A DNA stretch of 64,000 nt from the NCBI GenBank assembly GCA_017499595.2, contig CM038999.1, forward strand, positions 3,348,001 to 3,412,000, in the 5' to 3' direction. Under the pieces are notes generated by a model. That model did no database searches. It saw only the letters and a list, made by a program, of their open reading frames with translations, and was not told the DNA's origin. Of this stretch, positions 26,180-37,799 are shown one piece after another. Position 1 is the stretch's first letter. Every line of letters begins with the position of its first letter. Both the position numbers and the translations under genes were made by a program. This DNA is from Psilocybe cubensis. Lineage: Eukaryota.

Positions 26180-29043
26180 TTACTTTTTCTTCTTGTTCGG
26201 CTTGGATTGGGCTGCATCCCCTCTCTTATCACCCTGAGACTCGACATTCTCTTCCGAATCAGCTCGTTGTCGTTTACGAATCGGTGCTACAGATTCCTCC
26301 TCGACACTATCGGTACTTTTCCGTGTGATTAATTCAATGGACGACCATTCCGTTGCGGTCGCCTTCATGGTATCGAAGACGAGATCGAAGTCGTTGTAGA
26401 TAGAGCAGTATTGTTCGGGGTTAAAGTGAGTCCGTGTACCCACTCGTTTGACGTAATGCAAGTTCATGAGATATCTCAAGACATTCACCAACTCGGGTAG
26501 GCTGTTCTCTGAAGTTGAAGGCGGGAGAAAACCTATGAGCTTCTCAAGAAGCTCTGCGTCATCCGTGAAGCATTCAGCTCTTGCATATGATGGCTTCATC
26601 TGATTCACGAAGATAGTTCTCCCGTATGCGAAGGCGGCGTCTGACCCAATGCGACAGGTGAGAGTCCAGACCAAAATCCACCAAAGAGACTCTAGATCAT
26701 GCTGAAAATTGTGCACGACTATCTTGGAGGACGCATCCAGCCCATCGGATTTTCTGGTGGCCCTCAATGCCCCGCCTACGATGTCTGACGCACTGACCAT
26801 GGGAGCTGCCCACAGTGTAGCTTGCTTTGCATTGAACAGATAGCTTTTTTGCATTACTTCAAGAGGCATGAAGTATGGTGTTCCCTAGAATTCAAAAACG
26901 TTAACTGCGTTGCTTTCATCTCGCAGAATGTCAAACCTACCGTCTTGGGGTCGGCTGCTGGTTCACAACGCGGCATGGGAAATTTCTTTGCATATTCCAA
27001 GTCTGAAAGTTTCACGACCCAAGGTTGGTCGCCGTTTTCCAGGTCTTGACGATATGCCATAATATTTCCTGAGCTGATGTCTCGGTGAACCCAGCCAGCA
27101 CAAAAGAGAAGTTGAAGTGCTTTGTGTTGAGCACGTAAGTAAGCGTACGATCGTTTATATGAATATCTAATGAATGCTCACGGATGAGTGCTTGTCGCAA
27201 AACATCAACGACTTCGCCCAGTGTTTCAAGTTTACCCACTGTCTTACAAACCTCGTTATATATTACGCGATATTGCTTTTTGGGTTCAAATCCTCGAATA
27301 GGCCTAGGTTCGACTTCAGAATCCACCGGGGGTCGCGTATCCTCGCCAACGTCGCGGACGAGAGAGGATGGAGTCGCTGTTCCACTCCTCGGATTGGGAG
27401 GTGCTGATTTTTGAGATGGGTCGAAAAGAATCTTCTTCTCTATTCTGGCACTTTTGGGATATTCTTGGGTAGTTTCCCCAGAGAAGCTGAGGACTATTTG
27501 AAGAAAATATTGTTTGTATTCCTGATTTTCGATCAAGTGTTTGAACTTTTCCTTGAGCTTTTTCATTTCCACACTCGGTGCCTTTTCATTTTTCCAAAAC
27601 GTTTCGATGTCATCGAAGATAGATTCCTGGATTTTTTCTTCTGTGCATGCAGAAGTGTCAAGCCAAACATCCTTGAGAACAAGGTGATTCCCATAGGGCG
27701 CGCCTTGATCATCAAGCCTTGTAACTGTATAAACGCGAGCCATACGTCCAGTTATGTTGTTCGAACGATACTCTGAGAGTGTGTTGATGGTGCGATAGAG
27801 TAGGGAATGATTCTCTCGTTTCGGGTCAGGGAATTTGAAAGTGTAATGGCCATCTGGCTCCCGAACGATTGTGGGATCGTACCCAAGCTCTGCCTCTTTC
27901 GCAAACAAGAAGGCGGCAAATACTCGAATTAATACCCCAGGGTCCTAACTACAGCGTCAGTTCACAGTCAAAAATATGCTTGTCAATTAACATGCCGTGA
28001 TGAAATTGAAGGGCTTGGAGACAGCAGAGTGCGAGCGGCAGTGATACCAAAGGGTAACATAATCACACTCGACAGTTATCTATGAACAGTATAGCGGTTA
28101 ATTACCATCAACTCAAACAAACAGAGCATATCTGACCCCAAATGTAAACATTCGTCGCACATCGTCATTCATAATCTGCGCATTTGCAGAAACAGCCTGT
28201 AATGCATTCTGACGCAGAATCATTTAATTAAGGGAGAGCATGCCGCAAGTAGCAAAGAGAAACATACCTCTCGCCTCTTGGAAGCAGTCTTCAACCGCTT
28301 CTGTTCGATGACAACAGCTATATCCGTGGTACGCAGTTCTTTTGAATGTGCATTCTGCCTTAAAAACGCAGCATCGATCATGTTGTTGGACCCCTTGATA
28401 TCTGATGCGATCTCTTTATTAGGCATGTTCCGATATTCAAAATTGTTAGCTGCGCGATTATCGTTGTAAAATTTGAGGTTCCGAATGGCATGAGCGATAT
28501 CAAGCCAACCCTTATATGCAGAACTTTCGCTGTCATGAGAAGATTGTGTGATCATGCCCGGTTTTGGATAGTTGCGGAAGCGGAAGGCTTTCTCGTCTCC
28601 AACCAAGATGGAAGACTTTGGTTTCGCGGCATTACGAGTGATTCTGGCGCCGTCCGCAACAGGCGAGGGATTTATCTCTTTGAGTAATTTCTCAACGAGA
28701 ACAGCCATCTCGGCGTCATTGGGAGCAAAAGGAAGGTATGTTTCAATGAAATCCGTAACTGGACACCTGACAAGTTCAGCGTCCATTTCTTGTGCAATTG
28801 CCGGACGAAGTTGGACGACACCAACATCGCGCCCGAAAGACTTCTGGCTACGAGGGGTGTCTGGAACACTGGTAAACCATTCAACTTTAGCTCGCTGATT
28901 ATCAAGCGTTAAATAATCTGGAGCACATACAGAGTTGTGCCTCGGACAACATTGTTAGTAGGAGTAGGAATACTAATTATATCTCAGTGTCGGCGAAGTG
29001 AAAGAGTGTGGAAGCCTCACCTTGGGTTTGTGTTCTTCACCAT
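26180..29043 (-). CDS. FunK1-type fungal protein kinase (K3)
   Basis: ATG at 29043 with the same 5' short-exon layout. Motifs IMNDDVRRMFTFG, ELGYDP, VLKDVW, GWVHRDISSGN, LSDLEYAKK and HNFQHDLES. C-terminal RKRQR...KPNKKKK. Confidence 0.9.
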
Positions 29044-29432
29044 GATGCAGTATTGGGGAGAGGGGGTTGAGGATACCCTCCAGATGGCAGGCCAGTTTAA
29101 GTAGTTTATCGTAAAGAGCTTGGCAATGGATTCGCGACGCGCTCAAACTTGCACGTGATGGTGCCCTTGATTCTCACGAATTACCACTGTCTTTCTGCTG
29201 AATATTGCTTTTGGCACTGGATGGCCCATAAAATGCCACACTCAAGCCTTCCATTGTTTGAATTCGCCAAAAAGACTCACCTAAATATTGTGCTTCATGA
29301 CCTTAGAATTGGCAGTATGCCACATAAGCTTTGTTTGAGACTACACTGAGTAGGGCCTTAGGCCCTTAATCATAACTCGAACACAGATAAATGGCACAAG
29401 TTGCGAAGCAGGATAAAGGACGAAGGAAAAAC

Positions 29433-29510
29433 TTCGGGTACGGGGAATCGAACCCCGAGCTGCCGCGATCACGTGAGAGGCGGCAATGTTAGCCGTTACA
29501 CCATACCCGA
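29433..29510 (-). tRNA. tRNA-Glu(CTC) with 6-nt intron
   Basis: TCGGGTA...TACCCGA acceptor stem, GCCGC/GCGGC anticodon stem with CTC, GGTTCGATTCC T-arm, and a downstream T5 terminator. Length 72+6 nt. Confidence 0.92.
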
Positions 29511-29896
29511 CGATAACCAGAACGCCTGGTGTGCACAGTTTCAATTCACCGTGGCATTAGTCAATGAATTCGGAGTTTTCAGTGCGATTGACGCGGCACT
29601 ATGGCGGTCCATCTGGGAATTTAATTCATCATAGGGAACTAGATAGCCCAAGAGATAGCCACAAAGGTTTTTTTTGCAAGGTACATCGGTGGAAACGTGG
29701 TAACACATACTCTTCTAGTATATTTCATCTGGTTTTTAACCAGAAAATTACCAGCCAAGCGACTAAATTCAAAGTCGTGTTTGGCCTGCCATAAACCCAA
29801 ACCGGAATGAACCAAAGTATACTCAGGATACGGTCCGTCAACGTTCAGGCCCAGGCCCCAAGACTTGCAATAACATGTTTATGAAAGAGTGAATTT

Positions 29897-30088
29897 TTGT
29901 TCAACACGACTAGAATACAGGGAGTGGCAACGCGGACTGCATACATCCAACAAAACCGGCGAGTTGGTAGTTCTGATGAAGACCGTCTCATTGCTTCGGT
30001 TTTCGTCATATTTACCCCAATATATATCACCACGAACTTCGTTTCGCCTCCCTATAGCATGACTTTCTCTTGGCCTGCCTTTACCAGA
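29897..30088 (-). pseudogene. Duplicated 3' end of the gene at 34646-36278
   Basis: SGKGRPRESHAIGRRNEVRGDIYWG...TTNSPVLLDV plus 3' flank match 34600-34797. Confidence 0.9.
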
Positions 30089-30130
30089 TGCGTTCGATGT
30101 CGCGGAAGATGGCATCCTGCAACTGTCTCT

Positions 30131-30381
30131 CCTCATTCCCCACCACCGGCACCCTTCACCTTCCCGCAGAGTAGCTTATCATGCCATCCGCCCATTCCCT
30201 CCTCGTTGGTCGTCTTGCTCTCCGTTCCCGTCGTTCATCCCATCGTCGATAAGCAACCATAACCCTCCTCAAGTCATGCACTCATCCATCCCTCCTCAGC
30301 AAGAAGCACTGTTCGTCACGTCCTCCCCCCTCTAAGCTGTTGAATCCCAGAGCTTGGACCGTCCCTCGACCTCGACCTTGC
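30131..30381. repeat. ~250-bp repeat, inverted copy of 13605-13852
   Basis: Direct visual alignment with the reverse complement. Confidence 0.85.
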
Positions 30382-30626
30382 ACGTACGGAATGAATGTTT
30401 TGTTTTACATATTTTTGTGGCGGATCAGAAAGGTAGGCCTTGTGTTCATCATTTGCCTTCTTCGAGACTTCAAGACGACAGCACGATAATGTACTAGTTC
30501 ATAAGTAGTAGTTAATTTGTATGGTAGACACATGAATACCTACATACGATGTAGGAATGTATATATACATTGAAGGTACAAGCCGCGTATTTAAAAGTAA
30601 ACAAATGAGTAGTAGACATTAAAATT

Positions 30627-33575
30627 TTACTCCTCTTCCTCATTGTCTTCCATCTTTGGCAGCTTTGCCTCAGATCTCTCCTCGCCGTCAACCAGGCGCG
30701 CATCAGCGATGCTTTCTTCCTCGCGTGTGCGTTTTCGTCGTCCCGGAACCACAGATTGTGGCTGACCTTGGGTTGCTGAACGAGTAATCAAAGGTAGTCC
30801 AGCCCAATCAGACGCAGTCTCCAGCATTGTATCGAAGCAAACATTGAAGTTTGCGAATATTTCAACATAATGCTCGGGTTTGTTTTGATTCCCTTCGGAG
30901 ACGCGGGCAACGTAGGCGTCATTCATGAAGTTCCTGAGATTGTCAATCATCTCTGCGAAGGTGTCCTCATCCTCTGATTTGGGTGCCGGCAAGAACTGCT
31001 CCAGCTCGTCCAGAATGCTCTCGGCGTTGAAGCAGTCTTGTCGTTCGTCGGTTGGAATGATTTGATTGACAAATATTGGCCTCCCATAAGCGTAAGCAGC
31101 TTCAGAATCGATGCGGCAAGTAACAGTCCAAAGGAGAATCCACCAAAGAGATTCGAGATCGTGTTGGAAGTTGTGAATTACATGTCTAGTCGAAGCCGGC
31201 TTTGAGGAAACGCCTCTCAGCTTTTTCCTGTCGCGGAACACAACTTTGGCTGGTTTAGCCTTTTCTCCCCTTTCCAGAGCAGTGGTGTGTTTCCGTGTTC
31301 TCGGATGGTAAAGGTAGCGCTTGAGCATAATTTCCAGTGGCATAAAATATGGGGTTCCCTATTAGACGCCACATCAATGATGGTCCGGTAATTGAGCCTT
31401 TTCATGCAAAACGTACCGTCTTCGGGTCAACAGATTTTTCATGAGCATCGTGTTGAGGAAACTTCTTTGCATATTCGAGATCCGCCAACTTGGCCTGCCA
31501 GGGCTCTTTATCGTTCTCTAATTCGACCTTGTGTGCCATAATGTTTCCCGAACTGATGTCACGGTGGACCCAATTGGCACAGAGCAACAGCTGAAGAGCT
31601 AGTGCGTGACAAAGCGTAAGCATAATGTCGAGATATGGCGAGTCAATCACTTACGAATGAGGGTCTGGCGCAGCACACGCACAACTTCACCAAGGGTTGT
31701 ATGTTGCCCCACGGTTAGGCAAACATCTTTGAACACCACTTGATAACGCTTTTTAGGTTTGAAAGGGCGCTCCGCAACGGGAACTGGAGTGACATTGTCA
31801 AATTCTATGGGATGAGTTCCAGCGTTTGTATTTCGCGTCCCGGAAAAAACGCTGGTAGAGCTGGTGCCGGTACCCTGAGGCGTAACGTTGTTGGTGCTGG
31901 AAATGTTCGGATTATGCGTTTTCATTGTGGAGCTGAAGAGTAGCCCTGGTTTAGGGGTTGATGCTGCCGGACGGCTCGTAGTGACGGTACCAACATGATC
32001 GAGGACAATTTCGAGAAAGTATTTCTTGTATTCTCCGCTGGTAACAAGACGCTTGTGGGTGTCGTGAAGTTCTTTCATCCCCTGTATATCCGTCGAGCTG
32101 GCCCAAAATTTTTCGATATCTTTGAATATTTCTTTTTGAATTTCCCACTCAGTTTGGGCTGATTCATCCAGCCAAACGTCCTTGAGAACGAGAGGTTCTC
32201 CGACGGGTTTCCCTTCGGGGTCCAGTTTGTTGACTGTGTATACACGAGCCATGCGACCGGTGATGTTGTTCGTACGATATTCGGAGAGGGTTCCAATAGT
32301 TCTGAACTGTTGAAGAGGACCAGATGAGGTAGGATCAGGCAGGTTGAAGGTATAACGACCATCTTGCTCTCTAGTAATCAGAGGGTCGTAACCAAGTTGT
32401 TCTTCGGTGGCAAAGGTGAAAGCGGCGAGCACTTTGATTAAGAGATGCGGTTCCTATGGCCAGATAAGTAAACATGAAAAAAGCAGTCCCATTGTCAAAT
32501 TCGCCTTGCCTTGACAAAATTAAATCGCTTCGATACCGCAGAGTGCGAACGACAATGATACCAGAGAGTCACTTCGGAGGACTCAGCAGTGATCTTTGGA
32601 AATGGTCAGTTTTGCTTCAAATTCATACGGTCATACTACAACACTGACACCAAAGGTGAACATACGACGAACATCGTCGTTCATAATTTGAACGTTTGCT
32701 GAAACAGCCTGCCGAGCATTCTATGGCAGAGGTCAGTATTTGGAGGTACCCAAGCAGATGGTTGAAAACTCACAGCTTGTTTCAAATTGGTGGCGAGTTT
32801 GAACTCTACGACGACGGCTATGTCTGTGGTCCTGGGCTCAGATGAGGTACCCGGAAAATTACGAATGAATCCTGCATCAATCCTGTTATTAGAACCCAAG
32901 ATGTCCGAAGCAATCCTTTTGTTCGGGATATCGTGGTACTTGAATTGGGTGACCTGGCGTCCTATGGCTGGCGCCGCGGCTGCGATGGCCTCAGCAATAG
33001 CTGACCATCCACGGAATGCTACATTCTCAGAGCCGTGTGAGGATAGCTTGACATCTCCCTTCTCATTAGGGTATGAACGGAAGGTATACTGATCCTTGTT
33101 GCCCACTAAAATCGAGGGCCTAGGAGCCTTAGTACTGCGAGTTGCCACCTTTCCTCCTGCTGGAGGTTGTTCCTGAAGAAGCTGTTGCACAAGACGCTGG
33201 GTCTGCTCTTCATTTGGCGCGAAAGGAAGGTAAGTAGTTATGAAGTCTTCAACGGAGCACTCCACAATTTCGCCGTCCATTTCTTTGGCAATCGTGGGGC
33301 GTAGATCCACCAATCCAGCATCGCCTCCAAATGATCTAAGGCTACGAGGAGTGTCTGGTATTCTATAAATTTATATGGTTAGTTTAAAGTACGAGACAAG
33401 TAAAAGAGGCTCTGACTTACACGACGCCCGACTTTGAGTTTGACATGGCACTATGGTTGGTGATAGGGTTAGAAGGGTTCAAGTTCTTCAAGGAACCTAG
33501 ACTGAAGAAGGTATGTTGAGCATCAAGATGAAAAGAGTTGCCATAAACTTACTCGTGTTCGTTCTTGTTGGTAAT
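30627..33575 (-). CDS. FunK1-type fungal protein kinase (K-B); first ATG changed to ATT
   Basis: 5' half near-identical to K-A. The diverged 3' half retains HRDISSGN, LADLEYAK, GTPYFMPLE and HNFQHDLES. An in-frame ATG remains in exon 2 (~33446). Confidence 0.8.
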
Positions 33576-33757
33576 TTTTGGCGAAAACTGGTGGAAAAGC
33601 GAATGTCAACCCGAATTTTGGCTGCTCTTTAAGTAGTGTTCTGTAAGGCCTTGGCGTTATGTCCGCGACGCGTTTAATCAGATGCACGTGAGGGTGCCTT
33701 TTAGATTTCTCACGGATCTCCCATTGTCTTTCTGTTGGCCCATCACCTCGGCGACAT
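31647..33757. repeat. Right arm of ~2.1-kb inverted repeat
   Basis: Reverse complement of 9976-12086. Confidence 0.95.
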
Positions 33758-33805
33758 TAGTCTCGGCCTCATCCTCTTTCGGATATTGGTGGGAGGCCGA
33801 GACTA
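33758..33805. mobile_element. 48-bp miniature inverted-repeat element
   Basis: 13-bp TIRs TAGTCTCGGCCTC / GAGGCCGAGACTA and a flanking 9-bp direct repeat CGGCGACAT (33749-33757, 33806-33814). The site is single-copy in the paralog (9976-9984). Confidence 0.85.
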
Positions 33806-34166
33806 CGGCGACATTATCCAAACCCAACGACAATGGACGCCAGTCTCTAATGTCATGTGTCGGGCCAATCACGACCTACAATATCTTCATTGCAGTCCAA
33901 ATAAGTATTCTAACTCCAATATTCTCTACGATTCCAGAACGATCAATACCCCCTTCGACGACGTCCGAGTCTCAGCAACTCTCTCTACTCCTAGGTGGAT
34001 TTGCCCTTTTAGCTTGAGCGACATAGGTGTGTTCAACTTTTTCATCTCGGAAAATGCTTGAAGGCCAAGGTCGCGCTGTCCGGAATGAATGCTGGTTTTA
34101 CTTGGTTTGGTGGTTAGGTATGCAGCACCAATCAGACCATTGTATTCCATGATGTCTGACGCAGTG

Positions 34167-34548
34167 TAATCCGCAACTGGGTTCCTTACAAGTTTCTCTT
34201 GGGCGATTGCTGGAGGAGGTTGGACAAAGACTTCGGGAGTGCTGAAATTAAAACCGACGTTAGCTTAGCTTGTTTATTTTAATTTGATGAAGCGCCGAAG
34301 CATCTTGAACACATACAACGTTGAGCAGCATCGAACAGTACTTTCAGGGAAGCAAATAATAAGAATATCTCAGAGTTGTCATGATGAAATCTAGATGTGT
34401 CTCACCTCGACGAGTTTATATCGTTTATTACTTATATGGAATGAGAGGAAGAATGCCCCAGAAAGCCGCATCATGACCGAGTAAGTAGTTCACGATTTGG
34501 AAATGGGATCTGCGGCGACGCGCTCAATCCTGCACGTGGGTGTGCCCT
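34167..34548 (-). pseudogene. Degenerate FunK1 5' remnant with promoter
   Basis: VQPPPAIAQEKLVRNPVADY (34167-34225) resembles K3 VQLRPAIAQEMDAELVRCPVTDF. The upstream GGCACACCCACGTGCA...GAGCGCGTCGC matches the K3 promoter. Confidence 0.65.
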
Positions 34549-34645
34549 AAGTATCCGCCAAAGAAAATTGGAACATTATATTCAGAAACGAATGCTAAGT
34601 TGTTCAGCGCGACTAGAAAACAGGAAGCTACCTATACTACGGACT

Positions 34646-36278
34646 TCACACATCCAACAAAACAGGTGAGTTGGTAGTTCTGATGAAGACCGTCCCATTG
34701 CTTCGGTTTTCGTCATATCTACCCCAATAAATTTCACCACGAACTTCGTTTCGGCTTCCTATAGCATGTCCTTCTCTTGGCCTGCCTTTACCAGACGGAT
34801 CCTCTGGAACGGGTACCTTATGGTGGACCCGTGCACTAAGGTACCTTGATGTGGCGATATCGTAGCTTCCTTCATAGGCTGGATCTAAAGCCACGGACGC
34901 AAATCCATTCGTAGTCTTCGAGACCAAGTGGAGCGTGGAGTCCACAGGTGACGTGAGGAAGTCAACCGACAATGGGGAATTTGTGGTCGTAGTCGAGACA
35001 AAGAATGTCCCGCCATTACCAACAGAAGAGAGTAGGTTGATTTTTGCATTAATAGGACTACGAAGAAGCTCAGTCAATTGTTCTGGATCTGACAGAAAAT
35101 TTATCAGATGGACATACCTGTTTGTCGCATGCGCAATCAAGGTGGCATTGGACTGCTCAGTGCTTGTCAAGTTGACATTGACCTTGATTGGCCCATTAGT
35201 TGTAGTTAAAACAGATTGCAGCGAGCTGTGTAGCGTTCCAGTAATGGGTCCATTAGTGGTGATGACTGAACTTGAATCGGTGACCAGCAACTGCAGCAGA
35301 TTTTTCAGTCTGCAATGGTTCTTGATAATTTTTTTTGCAAACAAACCTCCAGATTCATGGGCGCATTTGTGGCACGAAGACTTATGCGATCGAAGAGGAC
35401 GTCCGATAGGTCACCAACGTGATGAGAGGTGTTTGGTAAATCTGTTTCCAGATTGTTGATTTGAAGAGGTTTGTCGGAATCGAGCGCAGGAAGAATCACC
35501 GCAATGCTATAGCTAAGTGATCGCCTATCCCAGTGATGTCCGCTCCTTCCGATTGGTGTCTACAGGGGTAGCACGCAGCATGCGTAGGCGTGAATGTGTA
35601 TGTACGACACGCCAAACGGATTGATTTTACTCACAAAGATGCCAACACCATTTTCGCCTTGACCGCGGGAAAGCAAACACACTTTGGCCCAGTCTTGAGA
35701 CTTTTCTGTGTGGTAAAGAGAAACGACAACTTTAGCAGAATCAACCTCCTGGTCCTCGCTAGTCACAACGCTGATCGCGCCATGTAAGTTTTGTCCTCGA
35801 GATACCAAAAAGATGGTTGCAGAATCAAGCGGAAGTTGGAATGATGACCTCGACTCATAAAGATCTTGGGAAGAGTCAACGGTAGTTTCGATCCGGTCCT
35901 GGGTTCCGTCAACGCAATGAACAAGGCTAACGTTGCTCGGAATAGTATACCCAATTCCAGAAAGCGTGTGAACCACCTGATTGGATATTCAGATGTAGCA
36001 ACAAGGGACACGGTCATAGAGTAGACGCTCACATCGTGTTCTACGCTATCGCCGCAATGTCCGTGGTGGAAAATCCCAGTGTACTTAGACGCCAAGTAGA
36101 CTAAATAGCCCAGACACAGTGTTGATACAAGGGCATGCCCAAATCGTCTTGCTCGTCTTTTCTTCCTGAGTCTAACAAGGTCGTCGACTTGAGCCTGCTC
36201 TGAAGTAGGCAAAAGTGAGTAAGGCTGTTGACCTATAGGAGCCTTGATTAAGAGAGGGTTATCAGAGTAAGCTTGCAT
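34646..36278 (-). CDS. Single-pass membrane protein with repeated TTN(G/S)PI beta-strand motifs (putative adhesin/DUF4097-like), multi-exon
   Basis: Basic stretch RKKRRARR followed by a hydrophobic helix; repeats ATNAPM, TTNGPI (twice), TTNSPL, TTNGFA and TTNSPV; GT-AG introns. Confidence 0.7.
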
Positions 36279-37149
36279 GGGAGGTTAAACTAGGGATGAA
36301 TGTAAGGTTGAGTCGTAGGGATATCAAAATCGCACTTTATGTATACTCTTTGCGCGCAGCACAACTGATCACGACACATTCCATCAGTAGAGGTCAGAAG
36401 GCAAAATGGGTTACACATGCCCGATTTCCCCGCAAATGATTGACAAGAACACCAGAGAAACTTCAAAGAACAGACAATGATAATGACGATACTCACAAGA
36501 AACGTAATGCCGAATCTGCGCCTATCGAAGCCCATCAAATGTATGCTGCGCTATCCGCTGCGCATGCCAGACCATGCGCGGTGAAAGTTTGATAAGTTGT
36601 CGGTTGACCGTTGAACATTGTCGAATGCGCTGGAACATCAAATTGCTCCAGAGGCATCAGATTTTGATCTAATCGTGAAGAAAATGCAAGGATGGAGGGT
36701 CAAAAGAAAATCTTAACTAGTCGAGCTGCTTACTTATATAGCACCAACTGGTAAACGAACTACGGTGGCGAACGACTGCGCGGGAATTTCGGGAAATGCC
36801 GGACAAATAACGTAATGCTTCATTCAATCTACGCAACAGTCGCGATCGCGTGAAATGACATTCTTTGGGCTTTTATCAATCCATTATTGACTCGGACGAT
36901 ACATAGAGAAAGAGAAATATTTACTATTTTACACATTAAGGAATCTACGGCCTTTAACGTTCTAATGGAACTCTCGAGATTCAAGTTCTCAATGAAGAGC
37001 GCTAAGGCTACCACTTCTCACTCAAGTAGTTGCAAGTTGCGAAAACTGGATCCATGCTCACCACGGTTCAGCCTCAGAGTAATTTCGTTGATTCATTCTG
37101 CTCAATGCCATCTGCAAAATAGATATGCTATTTTGGCTCTCAATTATTA

Positions 37150-37229
37150 TCGGGTATGGTGTAACGGCTAACATTGCCGCCTCTCATTCATGATCGCGGC
37201 AGCTCGGGGTTCGATTCCCCGTACCCGAA
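37150..37229 (+). tRNA. tRNA-Glu(CTC) with 8-nt intron
   Basis: Mature sequence identical to the 29433-29510 copy; intron TTCATGAT; T-run terminator. Confidence 0.93.
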
Positions 37230-37799
37230 TTTTTACTCAAAATTCTGAGCCTTTCATGAACAAACGCATTTTGTCGAGTTTCAAACAAAAGCAAAAAGGT
37301 GCTCAAGAAGAGATTAAGCTCTGCTTCCGTATTGCAATGCAAGGGAATCCTATTTACATTTTATATGGGTTGCTCGCTGGAATTGGAGGGACACGACATT
37401 TTTGGAGAGAGGGACTAACGTCTGTCCTATTCAGGGCGTCTGATGGATTCTTCAAGACACTTCTTAACTTGACGGCCCTGCTTCAATATTAACGGAATTT
37501 CACTATCAAGCACTCTCCAAGATCCGGTATACCACTTCTTGTTCATTTGTACATGCTCTCATCAGGAACGAGGAACTAGCACTCAATAAAACGACGACGA
37601 GCGTCAGCAAGCGTGATAGTACTGAGGTTTTTCCTAAACGACAGTTTACATATTTGTTAAATACTGCGCGTTCTTCTTACCTCATTATCCGTGGAATCAC
37701 AACGTGTAACATCGCTCCTGGTTACACCGACCAGATTTCCATGACAGGAAATACAATTATAAGTGTCATGATTTAATTTGAAAACACGTTCTCAAACTA

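Noticed and set aside
29341-29634. ORFs overlapping tRNA genes (also 37190-37492, 58361-58555)
   Set aside because: Their similarity to each other comes from the tRNA sequence, not from coding conservation.
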